NCBI GenBank assembly: GCA_050298595.1
Contig: JBNKUM010000071.1
Location: forward strand, 1 to 57,814
Length of the DNA stretch: 57,814 nucleotides
Reading direction: 5' to 3'
Origin: Gammaproteobacteria bacterium
Lineage (GTDB): Bacteria; Pseudomonadota; Gammaproteobacteria; GCA-001735895
The stretch's first letter is position 1; each line of letters opens with the position of its first letter. This document shows positions 21,146 through 31,151 of the stretch, piece after piece. The notes beneath the pieces are model-generated. The model saw nothing but the letters and a program-made list of their open reading frames with translations. It ran no database searches and was not told where the DNA came from. A program made the position numbers and the translations under genes.

Positions 21146-22588
21146 ATGATTGTGAAGAAGGTATGGTTTTCAGCAACCTGGATGAGCTGGTTAGCACTAT
21201 CTGTAAGATTATTAGGATTTGCTGTGCTTTTGCCTCTGGTTCTAAAGAATTATTCTCAACCTGATGTAACCGTTTGGCTCCTGTTTTCAGCTATATCCAG
21301 TCTGCAATTAATTGCCGATATGGGCTTTAGCCAAACTTTTGCCAGAACAATAGCTTATGGGTTTGCTGGTGGCGGAATAAATGAGCAAAAAGATGGACAA
21401 AGATCAATACCTCTGCCCGACGAAAAGAGAACATCTATTGATCCTGTTTATCTAACAGATGTAGTTTCCACCATGATATGGGTTTATCGTCGCCTGACGC
21501 TTTTTGCCATATTCTGCTTAGCTTCTCTTGGTTCGTTTGCCGTGGCCAAACCTATTGCGTCAACAAGCAATCCTTTCTATATTTGGGTAGCCTGGGTCGT
21601 AGTGGTCGCAGGTGTCGGAATGTTTGTATATGGGAATTCATATTCTTCATATCTGATTGGGGCTAACCGAATTGATTTGTTAAAAAGATGGGAATTGCTG
21701 GTTAATGTTTGTAGTTTATTTACGCAGATATTGATTGTATCAATTGGTTCAAACTTATTGATCTTGATTCTTAGTATGCAATTTTGGGTTATTACCCAGG
21801 TCCTTATCAATGGTCAACTTGTAAATCGACATAGTAGGGTTGTGGGCATTATCTATAAACATACAGGTCGTTTAAAGCTGCTGAGCACTATGTGGGCATC
21901 AGCATGGAGAAGCGGACTGGGTGTATTAATGAGCTTGGGGGTTAGTCAGGGAATGTTTATAGTATTAGCAAATTTATTGCCAGCTAAAGAGTCGTCTAGT
22001 GTGTTGCTGAGTTTAAGAATCGTGCAAACTATTAGTCAGTTTTCTCAAGCGCCATTTTATTCTAAGTTACCTTTGATGAACGGATACAGAGTTAATAATG
22101 ATATGCCTCAGTTATCAAAAATAGCTAGTATATCCATGAATAGAAGTCTATGGGTGTATGTGCTATGTGTGATTTTTATAGGGTTAATAGCCCCAAAATT
22201 CTTAATATATATTGATAGCAATACGAAGTTTACTACACCATTATTCTGGTCTGTTTTAATTATGGCATATTTTATGGAGCGATACGGAGGTATGCATATT
22301 CAGATTTACAGCACTACTGATAAAATTGTATGGCATATTGCAAATGGAATAACTGGGACTCTTTGGGTAGTAACGTTTTTTATTTTATATCCCTGGCTTT
22401 CAGCCATGGCGTTTCCAATAAGTATGTTGTTAGCCTATACGCTTTTTTATAGTTGGTATGCTGGATCCAAATCTCATTCCTCATTATCAGGTATTGACGT
22501 AATCTCTTTTGAGAAAACAACGACATTAGGGCCTGCTATACTCTTATTTGGATATGCGGGGATTAGTCTTGTTTTATTGTCGAACTAA
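21146..22588 (+). CDS. wzx: Wzx-like polysaccharide flippase
   Basis: 480 aa with many TM segments, ADMGFSQTFAR motif, located in a polysaccharide locus. Confidence 0.75.
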   Translation: MIVKKVWFSATWMSWLALSVRLLGFAVLLPLVLKNYSQPDVTVWLLFSAISSLQLIADMGFSQTFARTIAYGFAGGGINEQKDGQRSIPLPDEKRTSIDPVYLTDVVSTMIWVYRRLTLFAIFCLASLGSFAVAKPIASTSNPFYIWVAWVVVVAGVGMFVYGNSYSSYLIGANRIDLLKRWELLVNVCSLFTQILIVSIGSNLLILILSMQFWVITQVLINGQLVNRHSRVVGIIYKHTGRLKLLSTMWASAWRSGLGVLMSLGVSQGMFIVLANLLPAKESSSVLLSLRIVQTISQFSQAPFYSKLPLMNGYRVNNDMPQLSKIASISMNRSLWVYVLCVIFIGLIAPKFLIYIDSNTKFTTPLFWSVLIMAYFMERYGGMHIQIYSTTDKIVWHIANGITGTLWVVTFFILYPWLSAMAFPISMLLAYTLFYSWYAGSKSHSSLSGIDVISFEKTTTLGPAILLFGYAGISLVLLSN

Positions 22589-22597
22589 AACGAACAG

Positions 22598-23416
22598 GTG
22601 TTAAAAATGACGTATAATCGTTACAAAAGTGAAGTTATTTCACCTTATAAGGATCTAATAATGGATGTTGGACGGCCTGTAAAATGGCTGCTAACAAGAC
22701 TGTTATGGGATATTCGACCAGTTGCCTGGACATCTCATAAAATGTTGGGAGAGTTAAAGGACTCTCATAAAGGACAAAAAGCCGTCATACTTTGCAATGG
22801 TCCGAGTTTATTGGAAACTGATTTTGAGTTGCTGCAAGATGTCTATACTTTTGGCCTAAATAAAATAAACTTACTTTTTGATAAGAAAAACTTTAAACCA
22901 AGTTTTATTGTAGCTGTGAACAGGTTGGTCATGGAACAGAATGCAGAGTTCTATAAACAAACTCCCATCCCCCTGTTTCTGGATTCTTATGGCGTTAAGT
23001 ATGTTGGCTATAAAAAAAATATCACCTACCTACATTCAGTAGGAAAGCAATCCTTTGCACGAGATTGCTCCGGTAGCATCTTTCAGGGAGGAACTGTAAC
23101 TTATGTAGCACTGCAATTGGCATATCATATGGGATTTAGAGAGATAGCTTTGGTAGGTTGTGATCATAATTTTGCTACCCCAGGCCCTGCGAATAAAACA
23201 GTTGTTTCGGGTGAAACTGATGCTTCACACTTTGACCCTAATTACTTTTCAGGAGGTATGAAATGGCAACTACCAGACCTTGTTCAAAGTGAAATTGCAT
23301 ATACGCTTGCTCGAGAGGTTTTCGAAGCATCTGGTGGCATGATAGTGAACTCAACTATAGGTGGAAAGTTGGAGATTTTCCCAAGAATAGCTTTGAAAGA
23401 GTTCTTGAATTCTTAA
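22598..23416 (+). CDS. DUF115/MptE-like (Maf-type) putative CMP-sugar transferase
   Basis: AVILCNGPSL, FGLNKI, GGTVTYVALQLAYHMGF.EI.LVGCDH, SHFDPNYF, IVNSTIGGKLEIFPR. Confidence 0.75.
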   Translation: MLKMTYNRYKSEVISPYKDLIMDVGRPVKWLLTRLLWDIRPVAWTSHKMLGELKDSHKGQKAVILCNGPSLLETDFELLQDVYTFGLNKINLLFDKKNFKPSFIVAVNRLVMEQNAEFYKQTPIPLFLDSYGVKYVGYKKNITYLHSVGKQSFARDCSGSIFQGGTVTYVALQLAYHMGFREIALVGCDHNFATPGPANKTVVSGETDASHFDPNYFSGGMKWQLPDLVQSEIAYTLAREVFEASGGMIVNSTIGGKLEIFPRIALKEFLNS

Positions 23417-23448
23417 GTTATGTTAAATTAGAAATTGGGAATAATTTA

Positions 23449-23870
23449 ATGTATCTATTATTCTCTCTGCTGTTGTTATTCTTTTTTTATTTTCTTACAG
23501 GTCTCGCTATGGATAGCTATCGCCATCAACTTTTTTTATTTCCCTGGGTCACGTCTTTAGTTTTTTCGGCATTACCAATTTTTCGCTATAGTCAAGATTA
23601 CAATATTTTTAATTTTTTATATTAAGGGGCTTCGATATTGACACTTTTTTTGGATTATCGCTGATACGTCTCCCAAGGGTTTTATATTTTAGTGTTCATA
23701 CTCAAAGTTTGCCTGTATTAAAAATTATACCATTCGAGTTGATTTCGTTTTTAGGAGTAATAGGCCAGTTCGCAATTTTATATAACTCTATAGATATGCA
23801 TATTTTCTTATCAAATTATTCACTTCTTGTAATATACCTACTTTGTATTTTAGGTTTAAATAAGCTTATG
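23449..23870 (+). pseudogene. Degraded integral membrane protein gene, probably wzy polymerase remnant
   Basis: GGGA RBS then MYLLFSLLLLFFFYFLTGL... (58 aa, then stop); T-rich hydrophobic-coding fragments fill a ~470 bp gap in an otherwise tightly packed operon. Confidence 0.45.
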
Positions 23871-23884
23871 TTGAGTATTCAAAA

Positions 23885-24727
23885 ATGAAGTTGAGTATAG
23901 TTACTGTTGTTCTAAACGATAAGATAGGGTTTGAAAAAACATCTGGTAGTATCATTTCACAAGATACCTGCGAATGGGAGTGGCTTGTTGTTGACGGCGG
24001 CTCTGAAGATGGGACGCTAGATATTATAGAAGAAAACTCGAACTATATGTTTACGATTATCTCAGAGAAAGATGATGGTATATACGATGCCATGAACAAA
24101 GGAATAAAAGCCTGTACCGGTGATTATATTATTTTTATGAATGCAGGTGATACCTTTGCTGATGAAAAAGTAGTTTCGACTATTCTAAAAGTCATTCAGG
24201 ATAATCAATTTACGGATGTTTTTTTGGGAGGGACGAGACAGGTTTTCGATGACTGGATAGCCTATCGCACACCTAAGCCGTTAACCTGGATCACTTGCGG
24301 GCTACCTGCCTTTCATCAATCGACAGTGTATAAAAGTGAACTGCTTAAACAACGGCCCTATAATACAAGTTATACTTTACTGGCTGATTATGAATGGATG
24401 GCTCAAGGTTTTTGTGACGGCATTGATGTCATCTCTATGGATTATCCTGTGTCTAATTTCCATGTTGGTGGTAGTTCATATAAATTACTTAAAAAGAAAT
24501 CTGTAGAGCTTTTTAAAGTTAAGTATGAAGTTTTGAAAATGCCCGTGTATAAATCATTATTTAGTACTTTTAAGCGTATGATTCCATCTGCGCTAATTAT
24601 ATTTTTACCTGGGTTGATTTACTTTTTATCACGTTATTTTTCTCTTTCTAAAATGGATCAAATACCAACAAATTTGGTCAGGAAAGTTCATTTTAAATTT
24701 GATGCAGGTTTAAATTGTGAAAATTGA
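23885..24727 (+). CDS. Family 2 glycosyltransferase (WcaE-like)
   Basis: VVDGGSEDGT, SEKDDGIYDAMNKG, FMNAGD, HQS, ADYEW. Confidence 0.9.
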   Translation: MKLSIVTVVLNDKIGFEKTSGSIISQDTCEWEWLVVDGGSEDGTLDIIEENSNYMFTIISEKDDGIYDAMNKGIKACTGDYIIFMNAGDTFADEKVVSTILKVIQDNQFTDVFLGGTRQVFDDWIAYRTPKPLTWITCGLPAFHQSTVYKSELLKQRPYNTSYTLLADYEWMAQGFCDGIDVISMDYPVSNFHVGGSSYKLLKKKSVELFKVKYEVLKMPVYKSLFSTFKRMIPSALIIFLPGLIYFLSRYFSLSKMDQIPTNLVRKVHFKFDAGLNCEN

Positions 24728-25517
24728 TAATGAAACCAAGCAGAGGGTTATTCGTGAAGCTACAGCCCATGATTCAGACAATGTGCTGGAGAATAGTTAT
24801 AAATTAAAAGATCGTTTTTCACATATATGGAGTTACCCCTCTAGAAATGAGATGCAAAAGCATATTGATGACTTACTTAATTATATGACGGGTAAGCAGG
24901 TGCTGGACTATGGTTGCGGCTGGGGTGACGAAAGTTTTAAATATCTTTCTGCTGGTGCATATGTCGATGGTATCGATATTTCCAATAAACACGTGGATTC
25001 TGCAAAGATCAAAGCCGAAACTCTAGGATATGATGATGATCGATTTAAATTTACAGTGATGGATGCACATCATTTGGAGTTTGAAGATAACAGGTTTGAT
25101 TTTATTATTGGTCATGGAATATTGCACCACTTGAATCAGCACATAGCACTATTAGAGATTTATAGAGTGCTTAATAAGGGGGGCAGGGCTATCTTTTTTG
25201 AGCCGTTGGCTGATAATCCGCTATTAAAACTATTTCGAATTTTAACTCCAAGTGCTCGAACCGAAGATGAGAGGCCACTTACTAAAAATGATTTGATGAA
25301 ATATAAAACCATTGCTAGCTGGGATGTTGAGTATGTTTTCTGTGGTTTGTTGGAAGCCCCATTAGCCATGTTCACCTCTGTCATTATGCCGAATCGACCA
25401 GATAACTTTATACTTAATGTTGGGAGTAAATTTGAGCAGTTTTTTCGTCAGCGACATATGCTTGACTCGTGGAATCAATATGTCTTGATCAAGTTTACTA
25501 AAACTGAAATAGGCTGA
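24717..25517 (+). CDS. Class I SAM-dependent methyltransferase
   Basis: VLDYGCGWG, GIDIS, MDAHHL.F.D..FD, ILHHL, RVLNKGG. Confidence 0.9.
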   Translation: MKIDNETKQRVIREATAHDSDNVLENSYKLKDRFSHIWSYPSRNEMQKHIDDLLNYMTGKQVLDYGCGWGDESFKYLSAGAYVDGIDISNKHVDSAKIKAETLGYDDDRFKFTVMDAHHLEFEDNRFDFIIGHGILHHLNQHIALLEIYRVLNKGGRAIFFEPLADNPLLKLFRILTPSARTEDERPLTKNDLMKYKTIASWDVEYVFCGLLEAPLAMFTSVIMPNRPDNFILNVGSKFEQFFRQRHMLDSWNQYVLIKFTKTEIG

Positions 25518-25557
25518 TTTGTTCAGTTTCAATATTGGCTTATCTGTAGTTAACATT

Positions 25558-26130
25558 ATGAATGTCCTTGAGCTGAACAATATTGAATTTTCCCAGGTTT
25601 GTAATGAACTCGGGGGTATGGTGGTAAAGTCGAATTATTGTCCTGATCTAATTGTGGGTATAGCAACTGGTGGTATGATTGTTGCTAACGAAATTAAAAA
25701 TTCAGGTAAATTTGAGAGAACTAATTTTATATCCATAATATCAAGAAGGCCATTGACAAAGGTGAAAGGGAAAATTGGATTGGAAAAAGTCTTAAAGGTG
25801 TTCCCCGTATGGGTCAATAATTACCTACGTATTTTGGAGAGTAATTTTCGGCAGTTGGCACTGAAAAAAAATTCTAAAAGAACTGTGGAGATGTCCGATG
25901 AATCTACTTCTTTAATAAAAGCAGCAAAACGCCTGCTGATTGTTGATGATGCGATTGATAGCGGTATTACACTTTATTCGGTAATTGAGCGCATTCACGA
26001 AATCAATAAATCCTTAGAGATTAAAACTGCTGTAATTACAGTAACCTGGAAAAAACCTGTATTGAAACCTGACTTTCAGGTATACAGTCAATTGCTAGTT
26101 CGTTTTCCCTGGTCAGCTGATGCAAGATAA
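25558..26130 (+). CDS. Type I phosphoribosyltransferase
   Basis: IVGIATGG and PRPP-binding LLIVDDAIDSGITL; C-terminal RFPWS. Confidence 0.85.
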   Translation: MNVLELNNIEFSQVCNELGGMVVKSNYCPDLIVGIATGGMIVANEIKNSGKFERTNFISIISRRPLTKVKGKIGLEKVLKVFPVWVNNYLRILESNFRQLALKKNSKRTVEMSDESTSLIKAAKRLLIVDDAIDSGITLYSVIERIHEINKSLEIKTAVITVTWKKPVLKPDFQVYSQLLVRFPWSADAR

Positions 26131-26728
26131 AAAAATTGTCGTTGTTGATCTTGATGGCACTCTAATTTCTGTTAATAGTTATCCGCGTTGGGTTGCTTAT
26201 ATCTTCAAACAAACCGCATTGGATGGGGAGTTTACATTAAGCCTTCAGGTGCTTAAGTTGCTTCTATGGAGAAAAATGGGTGGTATTACCCATCAAATGT
26301 TCAAAAAACAAATGATGATGTTACAGTATAAATCTGAATACGATATCAAGTTTGCTAGAGAGTTGATGAATCAAGTTCGTTTAAATGTTGTAAATGCTTT
26401 GAAAGCATTAGACAAACCTTTTCTTGTGCTTTCTACCGCTGCGCCAGTGAACTACTCTTCTTATTTTCAACAAGTAGCAGGCTTAAAGTTTGATGCGGTG
26501 TTATCCAGTCGTGTTGAAAAGGGTAAGTTAATAGAAAACCATGGTGAAGGAAAGGTTGACAATTTTTTGGATAAATTTGGAGATTCAGGCTGTGATATTT
26601 TTTTTACAGATCATCATGAAGACTTACCAATGATGCATCTGGCAAAGAAAGTCTTCCTGGTGAGTCCAACTCATAAAACAAGAAAACTGGTTAGAGAGTC
26701 TGGAATAGAGTTTTGGTCGCTAGATTAA
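26120..26728 (+). CDS. HAD-superfamily phosphatase (subfamily IB)
   Basis: VVDLDGTL motif I, STA motif II, K in GEGKV, FTDHHEDLPM motif IV. Confidence 0.85.
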   Translation: MQDKKIVVVDLDGTLISVNSYPRWVAYIFKQTALDGEFTLSLQVLKLLLWRKMGGITHQMFKKQMMMLQYKSEYDIKFARELMNQVRLNVVNALKALDKPFLVLSTAAPVNYSSYFQQVAGLKFDAVLSSRVEKGKLIENHGEGKVDNFLDKFGDSGCDIFFTDHHEDLPMMHLAKKVFLVSPTHKTRKLVRESGIEFWSLD

Positions 26729-26792
26729 TGACTGTTAGTATTCTGCGCTTTTCTAAATAATTTATAATTTCTTATGAAAACGTATGGTTTGT

Positions 26793-27896
26793 ATGATTTC
26801 AGTAAAGCAAAATAAAAAAGCATTAATTTCTGGTATAACTGGGCAAGATGGTGCTTATCTGGCCGAATTTCTGTTAAATAAGGGCTATGAAGTGCATGGC
26901 ATAAAACGCCGAGCCTCATCATTTAATACGGATCGTATTGATCATCTGTATCAGGACCCACATGTTAAAAATCAGAACTTTATACTTCACTATGGTGATC
27001 TTACTGATTCTATGAATCTGGTTCGTATTATCCAGCAAGTTGAGCCTGATGAAATTTACAACTTGGGTGCCCAAAGTCATGTTGCCGTGTCATTCGAAAC
27101 ACCTGAATATACAGCCGATAGTGTCGGGATTGGAGCGCTACGAATATTGGAAGCAATTCGAATATCGGGGCTAGAGAAGAAAACGCGTTTTTATCAGGCA
27201 TCAACTTCTGAATTATATGGTTTAGTGCAGGAAACTCCTCAAAAAGAAACCACACCGTTTTATCCTCGATCACCTTATGCGGCAGCAAAATTATATGCTT
27301 ATTGGATAACTGTCAACTATCGAGAAGCTTATGGTATGTTTGCCTGTAATGGTATTCTATTTAATCATGAGTCACCTGTGCGTGGGGAAACATTTGTGAC
27401 TAGAAAGATCACACGAGCTCTTGCAAGAATAGACTTGGGCTTACAAGATTGTCTGTATCTCGGGAACATGGATGCCAAACGAGACTGGGGGCATGCTAAA
27501 GACTATGTGCGTATGCAATGGATGATGTTGCAACAGGATCAGCCAGATGATTTTTGTATCGCTACGGGAGTGCAATATTCAGTCAGAGACTTTTGTAATG
27601 CGGCATATGATCATCTTAACAAAAAAATACATTGGGAAGGTAAGGGGGCTGAAGAAAAGGGATTTGATTCCGAGACTGGAAAATGTATTGTGGCGGTAGA
27701 CCCCAGGTATTTCCGACCCACTGAAGTTGAAACATTAATAGGTGATCCTACGAAAGCTAAGGAAAAGTTGGGCTGGACGCCCGAAATTACATTCGATGAG
27801 ATGGTGCATGAGATGATGGAGCACGACCTGGCCTTAGCCAAAAGAGATTCCCTGGTAAAAGAACATGGGTATCGAGCCTTTGATTACAATGAGTAA
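26793..27896 (+). CDS. gmd: GDP-mannose 4,6-dehydratase
   Basis: [47 protein letters not shown]. Confidence 0.98.
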   Translation: MISVKQNKKALISGITGQDGAYLAEFLLNKGYEVHGIKRRASSFNTDRIDHLYQDPHVKNQNFILHYGDLTDSMNLVRIIQQVEPDEIYNLGAQSHVAVSFETPEYTADSVGIGALRILEAIRISGLEKKTRFYQASTSELYGLVQETPQKETTPFYPRSPYAAAKLYAYWITVNYREAYGMFACNGILFNHESPVRGETFVTRKITRALARIDLGLQDCLYLGNMDAKRDWGHAKDYVRMQWMMLQQDQPDDFCIATGVQYSVRDFCNAAYDHLNKKIHWEGKGAEEKGFDSETGKCIVAVDPRYFRPTEVETLIGDPTKAKEKLGWTPEITFDEMVHEMMEHDLALAKRDSLVKEHGYRAFDYNE

Positions 27897-28860
27897 GATT
27901 GATAAATCAGCAAAAATCTATGTTGCTGGTCACCGTGGACTTGTGGGCTCTGCATTAATCAGGCAGCTTCAATCGAGGGGGTACTCAAATCTGATCACAC
28001 GAAACCATAGTGAGATGGATTTGACTAATCAGCAACAGGTAGAGACTTTTTTTGCTCAGGAAAAACCCGAGTATGTCATTTTGGCAGCTGCAAAGGTTGG
28101 AGGTATTCTGGCAAACAATACATACCCCGCTGAGTTTATTTATGAAAACCTGATGATTGAAACCAATGTTATTCATTTTTCTTATCTGTCGCGTGTAAAA
28201 AGATTGCTGTTTCTCGGGAGTTCTTGTATTTATCCTAAGTTGGCTGAACAGCCAATGAAGGAGACGGCATTATTGACAGGAGCACTTGAGACAACCAATG
28301 AACCTTATGCTTTAGCTAAAATTTCAGGCATTAAATTATGTGAATCATACAATCGTCAATATGGAACTGATTTTCGTTCAGTAATGCCTACAAACTTGTA
28401 TGGGCCCGGAGATAATTTTCATCCTCAAAACTCACATGTTATTCCAGCGTTAATTCAGCGCTTTCATAATGCGGTAAAGAATAATGAGAAAGAAGTCATT
28501 ATATGGGGTAGTGGTAAGCCAATGCGTGAATTCTTACATGTTGATGATATGGCAAGCGCCTCATTATTTGTACTAGAGTTAGATGAAAAAAAATACAAGG
28601 AGCATACAGATGAAATGTTGTCGCAGATTAATGTTGGGACAGGTGTCGATTGCACAATTCGAGAACTGGCGGATAAAATTTCTCGAGTTACTGGCTTCAA
28701 GGGTGTTTTAACATTCGATAACTCTAAGCCGGATGGAGCTCCTCGAAAGTTACTGGATGTTTCCCGTCTAAATTCTATGGGGTGGAGTCCTTCAATTTCG
28801 TTGAGAGATGGTCTAGAGACTACTTATAAATGGTTTTTAGATCATCAAAAACAAATTTAG
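27889..28860 (+). CDS. fcl: GDP-L-fucose synthase
   Basis: [48 protein letters not shown]. Confidence 0.97.
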   Translation: MSKIDKSAKIYVAGHRGLVGSALIRQLQSRGYSNLITRNHSEMDLTNQQQVETFFAQEKPEYVILAAAKVGGILANNTYPAEFIYENLMIETNVIHFSYLSRVKRLLFLGSSCIYPKLAEQPMKETALLTGALETTNEPYALAKISGIKLCESYNRQYGTDFRSVMPTNLYGPGDNFHPQNSHVIPALIQRFHNAVKNNEKEVIIWGSGKPMREFLHVDDMASASLFVLELDEKKYKEHTDEMLSQINVGTGVDCTIRELADKISRVTGFKGVLTFDNSKPDGAPRKLLDVSRLNSMGWSPSISLRDGLETTYKWFLDHQKQI

Positions 28861-28921
28861 CTGAGCATAAATATTTAGCAATAAATTTAATCTTATAGAT
28901 ACTTATTTATAATCGAAGAGG

Positions 28922-29090
28922 CTAGGATCCTGTCGGATTTAGGATGAATCTACTGCGGAAAAGGCATTTTAGCCAACAATCCGATCATTTTCGTTAAATT
29001 GGCTCACTACTCTCCTCAAATGATCGAAATAATTGACTCAAAATCCATTCCCTCGCTACCTACGATCACCTAAACTTGACAGGCTCCTAG
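28922..29090. mobile_element. 169 bp MITE-like element with CTAG at both ends
   Basis: CTAGGATCCTGTCGGATTTAGG ... CCTAAACTTGACAGGCTCCTAG (18/22 inverted match); internal IR CGATCATTT(28982)/AAATGATCG(29018); non-coding. Confidence 0.75.
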
Positions 29091-29153
29091 ATAAAAAATT
29101 ATTCGGGGGTTCTCCTCAAGCGATAAATTTTAGGTTTTTCCTGAAAAATGAAG

Positions 29154-30536
29154 TTAGTAGGCATTCTTATCCTTAAATCCCTTAAAGATAGTCATCAAAA
29201 TAATCTTCAGATCCAGCCATATCGACCAGTCATCAATATATAGTAAATCAAACTCGATCCGTTTTTCCAATGAGGTGTCACCTCTCCAACCATTTACCTG
29301 TGCCCAGCCGGTAATACCCGCTTTTACCATATGCTTTTGCATATAGTGAGGGATTTCTTTTCTAAACTTTTCTACAAAAACTTCGCGTTCTGGGCGGGGG
29401 CCTACTATAGACATATCGCCTCGCAGAACATTAAAAAACTGAGGTAATTCATCCAGGCTGGTTTTACGAATAAATGCGCCAAATCGAGTGTTTATCTTAT
29501 CCTTAGCCGAGCCCCAGGTGAGTGCTTCAGTATCGGTTGTTACAGGCATCGACCTGAATTTATACATTGAAAAGATCTTGCCATTCCATCCAATCCGCTT
29601 CTGTTGGTAAAAAACAGGGCCTTTTGAGGTTAGCTTTATACCTATAGCAATAATAATAAATACAGGAAAAGTTAAAATGAGAATTAGGCTGGATAAAATG
29701 ATATCTTCTGATCGTTTGATAAGCTTGTTGGTGATGGTATTCAAGGGGGTATCATAGATGCTGATAATAGGTAGCCCCCCTATATCCGTTAAATGGGAAT
29801 GCAACAAGTCAAAGGTAAAAAAGTCGGGTATAAATTTAACGGTAATAGTGCTATCAGCAAGCGCATTTAAAATGGTTTTAATCCTATGCTCAGCCCTTAA
29901 GGGGAGAGTAATGTAAATTTCATCCACTTTATCTTCCGGGTGGGGGTGTTTCAAAAAGTCTTCAATGCTGCCAAGTACCGGAATTTCCATTATACTTTGG
30001 CCGATCAGTTCAATATTGTCATCATAAAATCCAACCGTCTTATAGCCCAGGGCCTTGTTATCAAATACAGAAGCAGCCAGTCGCTGTCCTAGTAAGCCAG
30101 CCCCTAAAATTGCGATCTTCCTTGTGTTAAAGCCCAGATTCCTGAATCGACTAGTGGCGAAGCTCAGTATTAGCCTATAAGCAATTAATAATATAGGTGT
30201 TGTAAGCATCCAGCCTGTGACAACAACACGGGAATATACACTAGTGTTTTTCATCAAAAAGGTCAGAGCGAGCAATGCAAGCCAGGTGAAAATCCAGGCC
30301 TGTAATACTTTTCTGAAACGAGGAAGTGCGTTATCACTACGAAATTGAGTATAAGCACCAGTACCCTGATTGAATATCAACAGTAGCAATCCGCCTAATA
30401 TGGCAATCATCTGATATCTTTCTGTCCATTCCAGAGAGTATAAATGTGTCAGTAGGTATAAATTAGTAATAGGTATTAATATATCTAGTAGCCGATGTAG
30501 CCAGACAACGAGTGAAGTAGATTCCTTGAGATTCAA
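29154..30536 (-). CDS. wcaJ: Undecaprenyl-phosphate glucose phosphotransferase (WcaJ type)
   Basis: N-terminal TMs, CoA-binding-like middle domain, YKFRSM, SLDELPQFFNVL.GDMSIVGPRPE, GITGWAQVNG.RG. Confidence 0.92.
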   Translation of the reverse strand: MNLKESTSLVVWLHRLLDILIPITNLYLLTHLYSLEWTERYQMIAILGGLLLLIFNQGTGAYTQFRSDNALPRFRKVLQAWIFTWLALLALTFLMKNTSVYSRVVVTGWMLTTPILLIAYRLILSFATSRFRNLGFNTRKIAILGAGLLGQRLAASVFDNKALGYKTVGFYDDNIELIGQSIMEIPVLGSIEDFLKHPHPEDKVDEIYITLPLRAEHRIKTILNALADSTITVKFIPDFFTFDLLHSHLTDIGGLPIISIYDTPLNTITNKLIKRSEDIILSSLILILTFPVFIIIAIGIKLTSKGPVFYQQKRIGWNGKIFSMYKFRSMPVTTDTEALTWGSAKDKINTRFGAFIRKTSLDELPQFFNVLRGDMSIVGPRPEREVFVEKFRKEIPHYMQKHMVKAGITGWAQVNGWRGDTSLEKRIEFDLLYIDDWSIWLDLKIILMTIFKGFKDKNAY

Positions 30537-30704
30537 AATAAACAGGATGATGGTTGGAAGATGTTGAATTATAATAGGCTACTTTCCATTTATCTATTTG
30601 TTAGTGAAGTGTCGAGATGGAAAAAGGTCTCTTAATAAGCTGCTCTGCAGACTCTGCATTTCAGGCCGGTTTTTTAGCCTGAATTAGCTGCTATAAAATG
30701 GTGT

Positions 30705-30961
30705 TTGCATAGATATCAAGCTGTTGTCCTGAATTCTTCCCACATAATGGGGCAGATAAGCTCGAGCTACATACCAAAACCTGTATCAGCCGGATTATTA
30801 ATGCCATATTCAAAGATCTATACTTCGTCTTGGTGCTTGCGGCAGTGGTTCGTAGTGGAGAAGACTGTTTTAGGGGCAGTGTACGAGCACAACTGGACAA
30901 TAAGAAACTAGGCACCTATGATCTGTGCCGTCAATTTGAAGGTGGTGGCAGGGGTAAATAA
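30705..30961 (+). pseudogene. Multiply deleted relic of the DHH phosphoesterase gene
   Basis: DKLELHTKTCISRIINAIFKDLY matches DALDLHIH...TCTSLIINSLLKDRY; SVRAQLDNK and DLCRQFEGGG match SVRAPLDNK...ELCRQFEGGG of 9804-10763. Confidence 0.85.
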
Positions 30962-31060
30962 ATTTTCAGAAAGCGAACAGGGGGGGGCATTTTTTGTGTG
31001 GTTTTTTTACCACTTCCTGGTTGAAAGGCAATTATAATTATATCGAAATGAGATTTATTT

Positions 31061-31151
31061 TCTCGAATTGTGAAAGGTAAATGTGTAGACTACGCGCGCC
31101 ATGATATGGCTGCAAACTCATATATTGAAGATCTTTATGGCGAGAGGCATA
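31061..31151 (+). pseudogene. ssb: Relic ssb promoter and first five codons
   Basis: CTCGAATTGTGA..TAAATGTGTAGACTACGCGCGCC matches 10804-10842; ATGGCGAGAGGCATA(31137) matches ATGGCAAGAGGCATA(10881). Confidence 0.85.

Noticed and set aside
30691-30915. Short ORFs 30691-30915(-) and 30705-30911(+) as new genes
   Set aside because: Explained as off-frame readings of the DHH relic
30980-30987. G8 tract in the relic region
   Set aside because: Not in an intact ORF and not within the conserved promoter element
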